From the NCBI GenBank assembly GCA_030602345.1, contig JAUVZX010000002.1, forward strand, positions 71,049 through 135,048: a stretch of DNA of 64,000 nt, given 5' to 3'. The translations under genes were made by a program, and so were the position numbers. This document shows, piece after piece, positions 1 through 10,590 of this stretch. The number at the start of each line of letters is the position of its first letter. The first letter of the stretch is position 1. The notes below the pieces were generated by a model. It did no database searches. It saw only the letters and a program-made list of their open reading frames with translations, and was not told where the DNA came from. This DNA is from Bacilli bacterium. GTDB taxonomy: Bacteria > Bacillota_I > Bacilli_A > RF39 > UBA660.

Positions 1-74
1 GCTTTAAGTTTAAAGAAAGATGTTCATTAATATCTTTTTTTTTGGCATTATAGTATAATAAGAATGGTGATATT

Positions 75-1025
75 ATGAATAAAAAAGTAGTAGTTTTAGG
101 CGGAGGAACAGGTTTATCAACTCTCTTAAGAGGTTTGAAACAATTTCCTGTGGATATAAAAGCAATTGTTGCGGTTAGTGATGACGGAAGTAGCACTGGA
201 AGACTTAGGGAAGAATTTAACACTCCCGCTGTTGGTGACATAAGGCAAGTTTTGATAGCTTTATCTGAAACAGAACCGCTGGTAGAAAATTTATTGAACT
301 ATCGTTTCAATACAAGTAGTGATTTAAATGGTCATGCTGTAGGCAATTTAATATTAACGGCTATGTCTAATATAACGGGTAATTTGTCTGTCGGAATAGA
401 ATCTTTAAGTAAAGTTTTCAATTTGAAAGGAAAATTAATTCCTCTTACAGATGAAAATGTAGTTTTAGTTGGTCATATGTCTGATGGAGAAATAATTGAG
501 GGTGAACATCATATAACCGAATATCGTAAAAAAATTGAAAAAGTAACATACAAAACGATGCCGACAGCGAATGAAGATGCAATAGAAGCGATAATGGAAG
601 CAGACCTAGTTATTTTAAGTATGGGAAGTTTATATACAAGCATCATTCCTAACCTTTTAATCCCCGAAATGAGAATGGCGCTTAAGAAAACCCCCGCTAA
701 AATAATGTATATTTGTAACATGATGACACAGCCTGGTGAAACTGATAATTTCAAAGTTAGTGATCACGTTAAAATATTAAATAGTTATTTAAGAGATAGA
801 GAACTGGATATCATAATGGCAAATAACAGTGAAATAAATGATGAAATGATAGAAAGATATTCATATTTAGAACAAAAAGAAAGAGTAATATTTGATAGAG
901 AAAACTTGAAAGAATACCAATTAATAGAAGATAATTTTGTAACCATAACAAACAACGTGATAAGACACGATGGTTTGAAGGTTTCTTTAAGAATATTTGA
1001 ATATTTACTAAAAGGAGACGAATAA
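75..1025 (+). CDS. yvcK: Gluconeogenesis factor / UPF0052 (YvcK/CofD-like) protein
   Basis: N-terminal VVVLGGGTGLSTLLRGLK...AIVAVSDDGSSTGRLR is typical of the YvcK/CofD family. It lies directly upstream of whiA, as in Bacilli. Confidence 0.8.
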   Translation: MNKKVVVLGGGTGLSTLLRGLKQFPVDIKAIVAVSDDGSSTGRLREEFNTPAVGDIRQVLIALSETEPLVENLLNYRFNTSSDLNGHAVGNLILTAMSNITGNLSVGIESLSKVFNLKGKLIPLTDENVVLVGHMSDGEIIEGEHHITEYRKKIEKVTYKTMPTANEDAIEAIMEADLVILSMGSLYTSIIPNLLIPEMRMALKKTPAKIMYICNMMTQPGETDNFKVSDHVKILNSYLRDRELDIIMANNSEINDEMIERYSYLEQKERVIFDRENLKEYQLIEDNFVTITNNVIRHDGLKVSLRIFEYLLKGDE

Positions 1026-1966
1026 TGTCTTTTACGAGTGTTGTAAAAAATGAAGCCAGTAAAGTAGAAGCTACAAAAACAGAATATACTTCAGAATTAT
1101 CAGCAATAATAAACGCAATTGGAAAAGAAGAAAATGGTATATCAATATCTTTTGAGAATGCTAGCGTGGCAAGAAGATGTTTTTCAATAGTTAAAGATCT
1201 TTATTCTATAACTCCTTCTGTATCAGTTAGAAAAAAATACAAAAATTCTTCCCAATATCAATATGTTTTAAAAATAAATAAAGAAAAAGAATTAATAATG
1301 AGTGATTTATCCATAAAAGGGAGCACAAAAATTCCCAATTCATTTATATATGCTGACGAAGAATTATCTCGAGCATATTTAAGAGGTATTTTCTTAGCGG
1401 TAGGAACAATAAGCGATCCTAAAACTTCTAGATATCATTTAGAATTTATTGTAACAACGAAAGAATTTGCACAGTTCCTATCGACGCTATTAAATGCATT
1501 TAATTTGAAAAGTAAATATATAAAAAAAGACAACAAATATATGGTTTATATTAAAGAAGCGGAAAAAATAAGTGACTTTTTAAGAATAATTAAGGCAATT
1601 CAATCATTGCTATATTTTGAAGATATACGAATTTATCGCGATCATAAAAATATGACAAACCGATTAAATAATTGTGAACAAGCTAATGTAGATAAAATAG
1701 TGATGAATGCTTCGTCTCAAATAAATGATATTGAGCTAATAAAAGAAAGCGGTCTATTTGATGTGTTAGATAAAAAAATACAAGAAGCTGCACTATATCG
1801 AGAAAAATATAGCGAATCTTCTTTAACGGAATTAAGTGAAATAATCTCGTATGAAACAGGAATAAAAATAACAAAATCAGGATTAAATCATCGTATGACT
1901 AAAATGAAAGAGTTGGCAAATAAAATTAGAACCAACCAACATAAAGACAAGCAAAGCAAAATATAG
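1025..1966 (+). CDS. whiA: DNA-binding protein WhiA
   Basis: 313 aa, placed immediately after yvcK; the RGIFLAVGTISDP LAGLIDADG-like segment and a C-terminal HTH fit WhiA. Confidence 0.8.
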   Translation: MSFTSVVKNEASKVEATKTEYTSELSAIINAIGKEENGISISFENASVARRCFSIVKDLYSITPSVSVRKKYKNSSQYQYVLKINKEKELIMSDLSIKGSTKIPNSFIYADEELSRAYLRGIFLAVGTISDPKTSRYHLEFIVTTKEFAQFLSTLLNAFNLKSKYIKKDNKYMVYIKEAEKISDFLRIIKAIQSLLYFEDIRIYRDHKNMTNRLNNCEQANVDKIVMNASSQINDIELIKESGLFDVLDKKIQEAALYREKYSESSLTELSEIISYETGIKITKSGLNHRMTKMKELANKIRTNQHKDKQSKI

Positions 1967-1988
1967 TATAATATCTTAGGAGGTATGC

Positions 1989-2438
1989 ATGAAAATAATA
2001 TACACAAAAGATTTAAAGGGCCAAGGTAAAAAAGGTGAAATTAAAGAAGTAAAAGATGGATATGCACAAAACTTTCTAATTAAAAATGGATATGCGGTTC
2101 CGGCAACAAAAGAAAATTTAAATATTTTAGCGAAAGAACAGGAAACAGAAAAGTTAAATCATTCATTAGCGCTAAAAGAAGCTAATCAGTTGAAGGAAAA
2201 ACTAGAAAAAGAAAAAATAGATTTTTTTGTAACTGTTGGTTCACAAGGAAATATCTTTGGAAGTATAACTTCTAAAGATATAGAAGAAAAATTAAAAGAA
2301 AAAAATTATGAAATAAAAAAACAAAATATTATAGTTGAAGAAAAAATAAATAAATTGGGAGTAAATATTGTTTTGATAAATTTGTATGATAATATAAAAG
2401 CAAAATTATCGATTCATTTGAAAGAAAAAGGTGAATAA
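1989..2438 (+). CDS. rplI: 50S ribosomal protein L9
   Basis: [40 protein letters not shown] matches the L9 N-domain; GGAGG RBS; followed by dnaB as in Bacillus. Confidence 0.85.
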   Translation: MKIIYTKDLKGQGKKGEIKEVKDGYAQNFLIKNGYAVPATKENLNILAKEQETEKLNHSLALKEANQLKEKLEKEKIDFFVTVGSQGNIFGSITSKDIEEKLKEKNYEIKKQNIIVEEKINKLGVNIVLINLYDNIKAKLSIHLKEKGE

Positions 2439-3779
2439 ATGAACGAAAGAGCGTTACCACATAATCTAGCTGCTGAACAAGCAGTATTAGGATCGATGTT
2501 TTTATCAAAATACGCAATGCAAAAAGCAATAGAAGAGTTAGAAAAAGAACTTTTTTATTCTGAAAGTCATGCAAGAATTTTTTCTGTGTTGGTAGATTTA
2601 AACGATAAACACGTTCCTATTGATATAACGACAGTGGTTGAAGAATTAGAAAAAAGAAAATTATTAAAACAAGTTGGAGATGTTTCATATTTAGGTGAAA
2701 TAATCAATTCTGTTCCAACGGCTTCAAATATAGATGAGTATATAAAAATTGTGACTGAAAAAGCAATTTTAAGAAGACTTATTGCAGAAGCGACTCAAAT
2801 TGTAACAGATAGTCTAGATGGTAAAGAAGATTTGGTTAATTTGCTTGATCGAGCAGAACAAAAAATATTAAATGTTGTTAAGAAAAGAAAAGCAACTGAA
2901 TTTAGAACAATTCAAGACGTTTTATTTAAAGCTCAATCTGATTTAGAAAAATTATCTAAAAATAGAGGAGAAATAACCGGATTACCTACTGGATTCTTCG
3001 GTATTGATAAAATAACTACCGGTCTTCACGAAAACGAATTAATAATTATAGCAGCAAGACCAGGTATGGGTAAAACTGCGTTTGCTCTTAATATAGCGAC
3101 AAACATAGCTATTCAATCAGCTAAAACAGTTGCAATATTTAATATGGAAATGGCAGCAGAACAATTAGTAATGCGTATGTTATCTTCGATTGGACAAATA
3201 GACGGTTATAAATTGAGAAGCGGTAAATTAGAAAATAATGATTGGAAAAGAGTTAATGAAGCAATAAGTAGACTTGCAGATGCAAAAATGTATTTGGACG
3301 ATACGCCGGGGATTAGCATTAATGAAATTAGAGCTAAGTGTCGTAGATTGGCAACTTCAGACGAGGGGCTAAGCGCAATATTTATAGACTACTTACAATT
3401 AATTACAACCAATTCAAAAAATTCATCTAATCGTCAACAGGAAGTGGCAGAAATTTCTCGTTCTTTAAAGATGTTAGCAATGGAATTAAATGTACCCGTA
3501 ATAGCTTTGGCTCAACTTTCAAGAACGGTTGATGGTAGAGAAGACAAAAGACCAATTTTAAGTGATTTAAGAGAATCAGGATCGATCGAGCAAGATGCCG
3601 ATATAGTAGCCTTCTTATATAGGGAAGATTACTATACGAGAGAACAAGATCTTGACGAACATACAAGTAAAAGTGAATTCATTATAGCTAAGCATCGTAA
3701 CGGTCCAACTGCAACGATTGACTTAGTGTTTAAGAGAAATACTTCAACTTTTGTAAACTATCTTGAAAAAGAAGAATAG
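2439..3779 (+). CDS. dnaB: Replicative DNA helicase DnaB
   Basis: 446 aa with Walker A GMGKTAFALN, IFNMEM, and the LSRTVDGREDKRPILSDLRESGSIEQDADIV RecA-fold motifs. Confidence 0.9.
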   Translation: MNERALPHNLAAEQAVLGSMFLSKYAMQKAIEELEKELFYSESHARIFSVLVDLNDKHVPIDITTVVEELEKRKLLKQVGDVSYLGEIINSVPTASNIDEYIKIVTEKAILRRLIAEATQIVTDSLDGKEDLVNLLDRAEQKILNVVKKRKATEFRTIQDVLFKAQSDLEKLSKNRGEITGLPTGFFGIDKITTGLHENELIIIAARPGMGKTAFALNIATNIAIQSAKTVAIFNMEMAAEQLVMRMLSSIGQIDGYKLRSGKLENNDWKRVNEAISRLADAKMYLDDTPGISINEIRAKCRRLATSDEGLSAIFIDYLQLITTNSKNSSNRQQEVAEISRSLKMLAMELNVPVIALAQLSRTVDGREDKRPILSDLRESGSIEQDADIVAFLYREDYYTREQDLDEHTSKSEFIIAKHRNGPTATIDLVFKRNTSTFVNYLEKEE

Positions 3780-5244
3780 GAGAAAAATGTTTAAGACAAA
3801 GGAAATATTAGCTTTAATTTTAGTTTCTTTGAGTCTTTTTGGATTAGGATTTAATTACAGAACTCCGAAAGAACCAAATGTTTACTACCAAGTTTTTATC
3901 GATGATACTTTAATAGGTATCGTAAAAAACGATAAAAATTTTTTGGAATACATTGATAATAAAGAGGAACAATATAAGGCGAAATATGGAGTTGATGAAA
4001 TTCTGCCTCCAGAAGGTGTAACTATAAAGAAAATAGTTACTTTCCATGATGATGTCAACTCTGACAAAGAGGTTTATGAAAAAATGGTTAAAATAAGTCC
4101 GATGACAATCATGGCTTATGAATTTAAATTAAACGATCAAATTGATATCAAAACGATATATGTAACTGACTCCAAGGTTTTTGATCAAGCGGTCGAAGAA
4201 GTTTACAAAACTTTTGTGGGAGCAAATAGGTATCAAAACTATACAAATAAAACTCAAGAGACAATACAAACAACTGGTAATAATATTCAAGATATATATG
4301 TGGATGAAGAAATAGTTGTCAAGAATACGAGAGTCTCGGTTGATAAGCAAATATTTAATGATTATAAGGATTTGGCTAGATACTTATTATTTAAAACTTC
4401 TGAAGATCAGAGGACATATATTGTGAAAGATGGTGACACAATAGAGAGCATCTCTTTTAACAATCAAATTAGTGTCGAAGAGTTTTTTCTATCGAACCCT
4501 CAATTTAGCAGTCCTAAAAATTTACTATTTCCAGGACAAACAGTAACTATTGGAGTTTTAGAACCACAAATGAGAGTTGTTGTTGAGGAATATGTTGTAG
4601 CAGATATAACAAATAGATATAATACTGAATATATTAATGATCCAACACTATATATTGGTGTCGAAAGAGTAGTTCGTCCAGGACAAAATGGGACATTCAG
4701 GGTTGCGCAAAATAGAACTATTGTTAATGGTCAGATAGTTGATATTAGCGAACCGATAAGTAGGGTTGAACTAGTACCAGCTATTAATAGAATAGTTAGA
4801 ACTGGTGCCAAAAAATTGCCAAGTAACGTAGGTAGTTTGAAAGACTGGAGATGGCCAACTAATCCAGGTTGGGTAGTGACTTCAGGCTATGCTTGGAGAA
4901 TTAACCCGATAACCAAAATTCGTCAGTTTCATGATGCTATAGATATAGCGGGAACTGGTTTAAATTCACCAATTTATGCAATTAATAATGGTACAGTTTA
5001 TAGGGCAAGAAGAAGTGCTGTTGCTGGTAACTATGTTGTAATTAATCACAACAATGGTTACTATTCATACTATGGCCACCTCAATAAAATTAATGTTTCT
5101 GAAGGTGAAGTTGTAGCGAAGGGAGATATTCTTGGCGGAATGGGAAAAACCGGTCAAGCAACAGGAGTTCACGTCCACTTTGCAATTTATGACAGCATAC
5201 CTTTCTCTGGTAAACGAGCTCTCAATCCGTGGTCGTTTTACTAA
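3763..5244 (+). CDS. LysM-domain M23 family metallopeptidase
   Basis: N-terminal TM segment, a LysM-like block (YIVKDGDTIESISFNN...FPGQTV) and a C-terminal M23 core (HDAIDIAGTG...GHL...GQATGVHVHFAIY). The true start may be the MFKTKE at 3787. Confidence 0.7.
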   Translation: MKKKNRRKMFKTKEILALILVSLSLFGLGFNYRTPKEPNVYYQVFIDDTLIGIVKNDKNFLEYIDNKEEQYKAKYGVDEILPPEGVTIKKIVTFHDDVNSDKEVYEKMVKISPMTIMAYEFKLNDQIDIKTIYVTDSKVFDQAVEEVYKTFVGANRYQNYTNKTQETIQTTGNNIQDIYVDEEIVVKNTRVSVDKQIFNDYKDLARYLLFKTSEDQRTYIVKDGDTIESISFNNQISVEEFFLSNPQFSSPKNLLFPGQTVTIGVLEPQMRVVVEEYVVADITNRYNTEYINDPTLYIGVERVVRPGQNGTFRVAQNRTIVNGQIVDISEPISRVELVPAINRIVRTGAKKLPSNVGSLKDWRWPTNPGWVVTSGYAWRINPITKIRQFHDAIDIAGTGLNSPIYAINNGTVYRARRSAVAGNYVVINHNNGYYSYYGHLNKINVSEGEVVAKGDILGGMGKTGQATGVHVHFAIYDSIPFSGKRALNPWSFY

Positions 5245-5957
5245 TGAAAATATCTATATTAGGAAGCGGTAGCTTAGGAAACGTCTCACTATTAATAACT
5301 GATAAATTGAAAGTTTTAATTGATTGCGGAATGTCCTACACTTATATAAAAAACCAACTAAAGGAGTATGGAATTCATCCTGAAGAAATAGATTTTATTA
5401 TTTTAACTCATGATCACGATGATCATATATACGGATTAGAACAGTATAAAAAACGACACAATACACAGATTATTTTCGAACCGTCAGAAGAACAGAACAA
5501 TATTTTAGAAATTAAAGATTTAAAAATAACAAGTTTTCCCTTATCTCACGATGCAGAATATATAAATGGTTATGTTTTTGAAAACAACAATAAAAGAATA
5601 GCCTATATAACTGACACGGGATACATCAACATAAAGAATCATGAATTATTAAACAATTTAGATTGTTATATTATCGAAAGCAATCACGATATAGAGATGT
5701 TGATGGAGGGAAGCTACCCTCATTATTTAAAGCAAAGAATAATAAGTGATCGAGGTCATTTATCAAATTATGATGCCATGAATTATTTAAATAAATTCAT
5801 AGGAAAAAGAACCAAGAAAATAGTTCTTTTTCATCTTAGCGAAAAGAATAATAGTATTGATTTAGTTAAAAAAGAATTTGAAAAATTAAATAAACAAGAT
5901 ATTGACTTATATATTGCTAAACAGAAAGAAAAAACGGAGTTGATTAATATTGATTAA
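5229..5957 (+). CDS. MBL-fold metallo-hydrolase (YycJ/WalJ-like)
   Basis: HDHDDH metal-binding motif (ILTHDHDDHIYG) and conserved downstream His/Asp residues. Confidence 0.65.
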   Translation: MVVLLMKISILGSGSLGNVSLLITDKLKVLIDCGMSYTYIKNQLKEYGIHPEEIDFIILTHDHDDHIYGLEQYKKRHNTQIIFEPSEEQNNILEIKDLKITSFPLSHDAEYINGYVFENNNKRIAYITDTGYINIKNHELLNNLDCYIIESNHDIEMLMEGSYPHYLKQRIISDRGHLSNYDAMNYLNKFIGKRTKKIVLFHLSEKNNSIDLVKKEFEKLNKQDIDLYIAKQKEKTELINID

Positions 5958-6372
5958 ACTATTAGTAGCGGGGAAAATTAAAGAAGATTATTTAAAAAAA
6001 GCCTGTGAAGATTACGTAAAAAGAATAAGCAAATTTTCTAAAATTGAAGTGATAGAAATAGAAAAAAATATTGAAGAAAAAATGCTAAATAATCTGACTA
6101 TTAAAGACCACAAGATAGCTCTTACTATTGACGGAAAAAAAATTGACTCCATAGAGTTCGCTAAAAAAATAGAAAATCAATTTATATATAATCCCAATAT
6201 AATTTTTATAATAGGAGAATCAGAAGGAATTCCACAAAAAGTATTAGAGTCGTGTGATGAGAAAATAAGTTTTTCTGATATGACTTTCCCTCATCAACTT
6301 TTTAGAGTTATGTTGCTTGAACAAATATATCGTTCTTATAAAATAAACAGTAATCAAGAATATCATAAATAA
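5950..6372 (+). CDS. rlmH: 23S rRNA (pseudouridine1915-N3)-methyltransferase RlmH
   Basis: About 140 aa SPOUT fold; the MIKLLVAGKIKEDYL start and the C-terminal SFSDMTFPHQLFRVMLLEQIYR are typical of RlmH. Confidence 0.8.
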   Translation: MIKLLVAGKIKEDYLKKACEDYVKRISKFSKIEVIEIEKNIEEKMLNNLTIKDHKIALTIDGKKIDSIEFAKKIENQFIYNPNIIFIIGESEGIPQKVLESCDEKISFSDMTFPHQLFRVMLLEQIYRSYKINSNQEYHK

Positions 6373-6381
6373 AGGAGAGTT

Positions 6382-7230
6382 ATGTTAGTAAATTCAAAAG
6401 AAATATGTAATAAAGCATATCAAGAAGGATATGCAATACCACAATTCAATATAAATAATTTGGAATGGACCAAATATATTTTGGAGGAATCGGAAAAACA
6501 AGGAAGCCCTATAATTTTAGGAGTTAGCGAAGGAGCAATTAAATATATGGGAGGATATAATGTAGTGTATTCTCTTGTAACTTCATTAATCAAAGATTTA
6601 GGGATTAAAATTCCTGTATCGCTTCATTTAGATCATGGAACTTCTTTAGAAAGTTGCAAAAAAGCAATAGATGCTGGATTTTCTTCTGTTATGATTGATG
6701 CTTCTAAACTTGATTTGGAAACAAACATAATGATTACAAATCAAGTTTGTGATTTAGATGAGAATATTAGCGTAGAAGCCGAAGTTGGTCATATTGGTGG
6801 AACCGAAGATAACATAACGGCTGACATAGCTTATGCTAAGGTAAATGATGTAGCAGAAATGGTTTCAAGAACTAAAATTGATTTATTAGCAGCAGCTTTA
6901 GGCAGTGTTCATGGTCTTTATAAGGGGGAACCAAAACTTGATTTTGATAGAATGTTGCAGATAAAAGAAATGACTAAAATGCCCTTAGTTTTACATGGAG
7001 GATCTGGGATTCCAGATGAAATGATAAGAAAAAGTATTTCTTTGGGAATGGCAAAAGTTAATTTCAATACTGAATTGCAAATAGTTTGGCATAGAGCAGT
7101 TAAAGAATTCGTTACCACTAATGAAAATTATGATCCAAGAAAAGTTATTTCTTCAGGCGAAAAAGCAATAAAAGAAGTAGTTGCTCAAAAAATAGAGCTT
7201 CTAGGTAGCAAAGGAAAAGCTTATGAATAA
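6382..7230 (+). CDS. fba: Fructose-bisphosphate aldolase, class II
   Basis: AIPQFNINNLEW, LHLDHG and GVNFNTELQ motifs of class II FBA. Confidence 0.85.
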   Translation: MLVNSKEICNKAYQEGYAIPQFNINNLEWTKYILEESEKQGSPIILGVSEGAIKYMGGYNVVYSLVTSLIKDLGIKIPVSLHLDHGTSLESCKKAIDAGFSSVMIDASKLDLETNIMITNQVCDLDENISVEAEVGHIGGTEDNITADIAYAKVNDVAEMVSRTKIDLLAAALGSVHGLYKGEPKLDFDRMLQIKEMTKMPLVLHGGSGIPDEMIRKSISLGMAKVNFNTELQIVWHRAVKEFVTTNENYDPRKVISSGEKAIKEVVAQKIELLGSKGKAYE

Positions 7231-8482
7231 GATGATAATAGAAGGAAATAAAAAGTTGACCGGTGAAATTAAAATTAGCGGCGCTAAAAATAGTGCAGTG
7301 GCTTTAGTACCGGCAGCTTTATTGTCTGATGAAGGAGCGATAATAGAAAATATACCTAATATTTCTGATATTGCAGCTTTAAAAGACATATTAAATTTAT
7401 TGGGAGCAACAATAGAGGAAACAAATGGTGTATTAGCAATCGAAACAAAAAATTCTTTCAATAAAGAAATACCAGAGGCAATGGCAAAAAAATTAAGGGC
7501 TTCTTATTATTTTATGGGGGCTTTATTAGGAAAATATAAAGAAGTTGATATATATTTTCCTGGAGGTTGTTCTATAGGTGAAAGGCCCATTAATCTTCAT
7601 TTAAAAGGTTTTGAACTTCTTGGAGCTAAAATAGAGGAAAGAGAAAACCATTTCAACATTAAAGCTGATGAACTTATTGGAAACAAAATATATTTAGATA
7701 TGGCAAGTGTTGGAGCAACAATAAATATAATGTTAGCAGCAGTTAAAGCAAAGGGAGAAACAATCATTGAAAATGCTGCAAAAGAACCAGAGATTGTTAA
7801 TGTTGCAACTTTTTTAAACAATATGGGAGCAAACATTAAAGGTGCCGGAACAAACGAAATAAGAATAACCGGTGTTGATTATTTGAAAAGAGGATATATT
7901 GAAGTGATTCCTGACAGAATAGAGGCGGGAACATACATAATAGCCGGAGCTCTTAAGGGTGATAACTTGAAAATTTCAAATATAATTCCTTTACATGTTG
8001 AATCATTAATTTACAAATTACATGAGATGAATATTCCACTGGAAGTTCATGAAGATCATTTGATAATAAGTGAAAATAAAAACATGAAAGCGACGAGCGT
8101 TAAAGTACAAGTTTTTCCTGGATTCCCAACAGATTTGCAACAGCCAATGACAACATTACTTGCTTTAGCAAAAGGAACTTCATTTGTTGAAGAAACAATT
8201 TATGAAAATAGATTTCAAAATGTTCAATATTTAAATGAGATGGGTTCTTCAATAAAAATAAACAACAGAACAATTGAAATAAAAGGTGTTGATAAATTAA
8301 TTGGTAAAGAAGTTTATGCAACTGATTTAAGAGCTGGAGCATGTCTTGTTTTAGCAGGATTAGTTGCTGAGGGAACGACTAAAATAAATAGCATTGAGCA
8401 TGTATTAAGAGGTTATGAAAATATAATTGAAAAATTAACGAATGTGGGAGCAAACATAAAAATGGAGGATAGTAATGAATAA
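7223..8482 (+). CDS. murA: UDP-N-acetylglucosamine 1-carboxyvinyltransferase
   Basis: 419 aa; KISGAKNSALP-like start and the catalytic Cys region GGCSIGERPI. Confidence 0.9.
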   Translation: MNKMIIEGNKKLTGEIKISGAKNSAVALVPAALLSDEGAIIENIPNISDIAALKDILNLLGATIEETNGVLAIETKNSFNKEIPEAMAKKLRASYYFMGALLGKYKEVDIYFPGGCSIGERPINLHLKGFELLGAKIEERENHFNIKADELIGNKIYLDMASVGATINIMLAAVKAKGETIIENAAKEPEIVNVATFLNNMGANIKGAGTNEIRITGVDYLKRGYIEVIPDRIEAGTYIIAGALKGDNLKISNIIPLHVESLIYKLHEMNIPLEVHEDHLIISENKNMKATSVKVQVFPGFPTDLQQPMTTLLALAKGTSFVEETIYENRFQNVQYLNEMGSSIKINNRTIEIKGVDKLIGKEVYATDLRAGACLVLAGLVAEGTTKINSIEHVLRGYENIIEKLTNVGANIKMEDSNE

Positions 8483-9107
8483 TAATTTCTTTTCTAAAGT
8501 ATTAATGTGGTTATTTATTGGATTAATGGTGACTTTCTTCACAGGATATCAAATTTCATTAAATGAAAATTTAATGATTAATCTATATCAATCAGGGATT
8601 TATTACTTAATAATTTTAGTTCAATTTGGTCTAGTTATATTCTTATCAGTAAGAATAAATAAAATGGCAGATTTAACAGCAAAATTGGTATTTATTAGCT
8701 ATGCTTTTTTAACGGGATTAACACTATCTTATATATATGTTTTGTTTGAACTTTCATCAATAATTCAAATATTTGGTATCAGTTCAATTGCCCTTCTAGT
8801 CATGGGTGTCATCGGATATACTACCAACCAAGATTTAGGAAAAATCAGAAACTTTTTATATATAGGATTAATTGCTTTAATATTAATAAATGTAGTTAAT
8901 ATTTTCGCCGGTAGTCAAATGTTAGATTTTTTTCAAATGAATTTTGGAATAGTTTTATTTTTAATATTCATTGCATATGATATTCAGAAAATCAAGAATA
9001 TGTATGGCGAAGAAAAGTATGCTGTTCATTCAGCTTTGAGACTATATTTAGACTTTATTAATCTTTTCTTAAGACTTCTTAATTTATTAGGAAAAAGAAA
9101 AAATTAG
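8475..9107 (+). CDS. Bax inhibitor-1/YccA family membrane protein
   Basis: 210 aa polytopic membrane protein with the BI-1-like N-terminus FFSKVLMWLFIGLMVTFFTGY. Confidence 0.55.
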   Translation: MNNNFFSKVLMWLFIGLMVTFFTGYQISLNENLMINLYQSGIYYLIILVQFGLVIFLSVRINKMADLTAKLVFISYAFLTGLTLSYIYVLFELSSIIQIFGISSIALLVMGVIGYTTNQDLGKIRNFLYIGLIALILINVVNIFAGSQMLDFFQMNFGIVLFLIFIAYDIQKIKNMYGEEKYAVHSALRLYLDFINLFLRLLNLLGKRKN

Positions 9108-9193
9108 TATTGCTTTATTATAGTTAATTTGTTATAATTTAGTAGCGCAATTTCTATAATCAAAAAAAGATTATGGCGGGAGGAGAAGTAAAA

Positions 9194-9394
9194 ATGAAAA
9201 AAAATATACATCCAAAATATATTTCTACAAAAGTAGCATGTGCTTGTGGAAACGAGTTTGAAGTTCGTTCTAATAAAGAAGAATTACACTTAGAAACTTG
9301 TGATAAATGTCATCCTTTTTTCACTGGTGAACAAGGAACAGTGGCAAGAACAGGTAAAGTTGAAAAATTTAATAAGAAATATAACTTAAAATAA
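9194..9394 (+). CDS. rpmE: 50S ribosomal protein L31 (zinc-binding type A)
   Basis: MKKNIHPKY...CACGN...[10 protein letters not shown] is the L31 signature with both Cys pairs. Confidence 0.85.
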   Translation: MKKNIHPKYISTKVACACGNEFEVRSNKEELHLETCDKCHPFFTGEQGTVARTGKVEKFNKKYNLK

Positions 9395-9485
9395 AAACGT
9401 GAGAAAAAAATCTCATTTTTTTATTGCATTTAATTGAAATACAAAATCAAAAGTGATATAATAAAATGCAATATGAGGTGAGAGC

Positions 9486-10121
9486 ATGAAGCAAAAAGAA
9501 AACAGAAAAAAAACAGTAGAAATGGTTAATCTTTTAGATGTTAATAATTTAGAAAAACACGAAAAAGTATTATCTGAAGATAAAGAAAAAGCTCTAGTAG
9601 AAATGGTTGGTTTCTTTAAAATGAATCATGGCAAAAATTTTGAGAATGTTCTTACTAAACATTTAATGAAAGCTTTAAGTGTGGATGAAGAATATAATTT
9701 AGATGAAAAAGTTTTCGCTACATATTTAAAAGGAGCTATAGCTAAACATATTTATTTAAAAAATGTAGTCAATAATGAACTTACGGAATCTTTTGATGCC
9801 GCTCATTATATTTTGAAATATAAAAAAACAAACTATAAACAAGCTGAAGTGTTATTGTATTCAATTTTAATAAATGATCACAATGCTTATTCAGACTTAC
9901 TTGAGTCAGATCCGAGATTAATGGAAAACGCCTTAAGAGCGTATGTAGCAAATGGACTTTTAAAAGATTTTGATTACAAAGAGCAATATATACCTTTAGA
10001 CGCTATAGCCAATGCAGAGCAAATTGAATATGCATATGATTTGAAAATTAAAAAGATGATTAAAGAAGCACATCAATTAATGAAAATTGATCAACCAATC
10101 TTAGAATTGAAATATAATTAA
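9486..10121 (+). CDS. Hypothetical protein
   Basis: 211-aa ORF with good coding appearance; no recognisable motif. Confidence 0.35.
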   Translation: MKQKENRKKTVEMVNLLDVNNLEKHEKVLSEDKEKALVEMVGFFKMNHGKNFENVLTKHLMKALSVDEEYNLDEKVFATYLKGAIAKHIYLKNVVNNELTESFDAAHYILKYKKTNYKQAEVLLYSILINDHNAYSDLLESDPRLMENALRAYVANGLLKDFDYKEQYIPLDAIANAEQIEYAYDLKIKKMIKEAHQLMKIDQPILELKYN

Positions 10122-10170
10122 AGTAGTAAAATAACTACTTTTTTTATGTTATAATATAAGTGGTGATAAT

Positions 10171-10590
10171 ATGAAAATAGCAATAGCAAACGATCATGGT
10201 GGAACAAAACTTAAACAAGAGATAGTTGCACATTTTAAAAACAATTATGAACTAATTAACTTGGGTACAGATAGTGAAAAAAGTGTTGATTATCCAGATT
10301 ATGCAAAAGAAATAGGAAAAATGGTTTCATCTAAACAAGTTGATTTAGGCATATTAATATGTAGGACAGGAATTGGTATGAGTATTTCTTGTAATAAAGT
10401 TCCTGGTGCTTATTGTGCTAAAGTAAACTCTCAAAGAGAAGCAATGCTTTCAAGACAACATAATAATGCCAATGTTATTACCATTGCAGGAACTATGAAG
10501 CCAGAAAAAGCTATAAAAATAATCGAAAAATTTATAATTACACCCTTTTCAAACGAGGAAAGACATTTAAAAAGGATAAATAAAATATAA
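10171..10590 (+). CDS. rpiB: Ribose-5-phosphate isomerase B (RpiB/LacAB family)
   Basis: MKIAIANDHGG...GILICRTGIGMSISCNKVPG matches the RpiB fold. Confidence 0.8.
   Translation: MKIAIANDHGGTKLKQEIVAHFKNNYELINLGTDSEKSVDYPDYAKEIGKMVSSKQVDLGILICRTGIGMSISCNKVPGAYCAKVNSQREAMLSRQHNNANVITIAGTMKPEKAIKIIEKFIITPFSNEERHLKRINKI

Noticed and set aside
61-75. 4-codon micro-ORF ATGGTGATATTATGA (MVIL) overlapping the yvcK start
   Set aside because: The same GGTGAT(A/T)(A/T)TATG arrangement precedes rpiB and the 60105 gene. It reads better as a GGTGAT Shine-Dalgarno than as a coupled leader peptide.
509-754. 81-aa ORF antisense to yvcK
   Set aside because: It lies entirely inside a well-supported conserved gene on the opposite strand and has low-complexity hydrophobic content typical of antisense ORFs in AT-rich DNA.
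2439-3779. Possible intein in dnaB
   Set aside because: The 446-aa length is normal for DnaB and the sequence is continuous between the helicase motifs, so there is no insertion.
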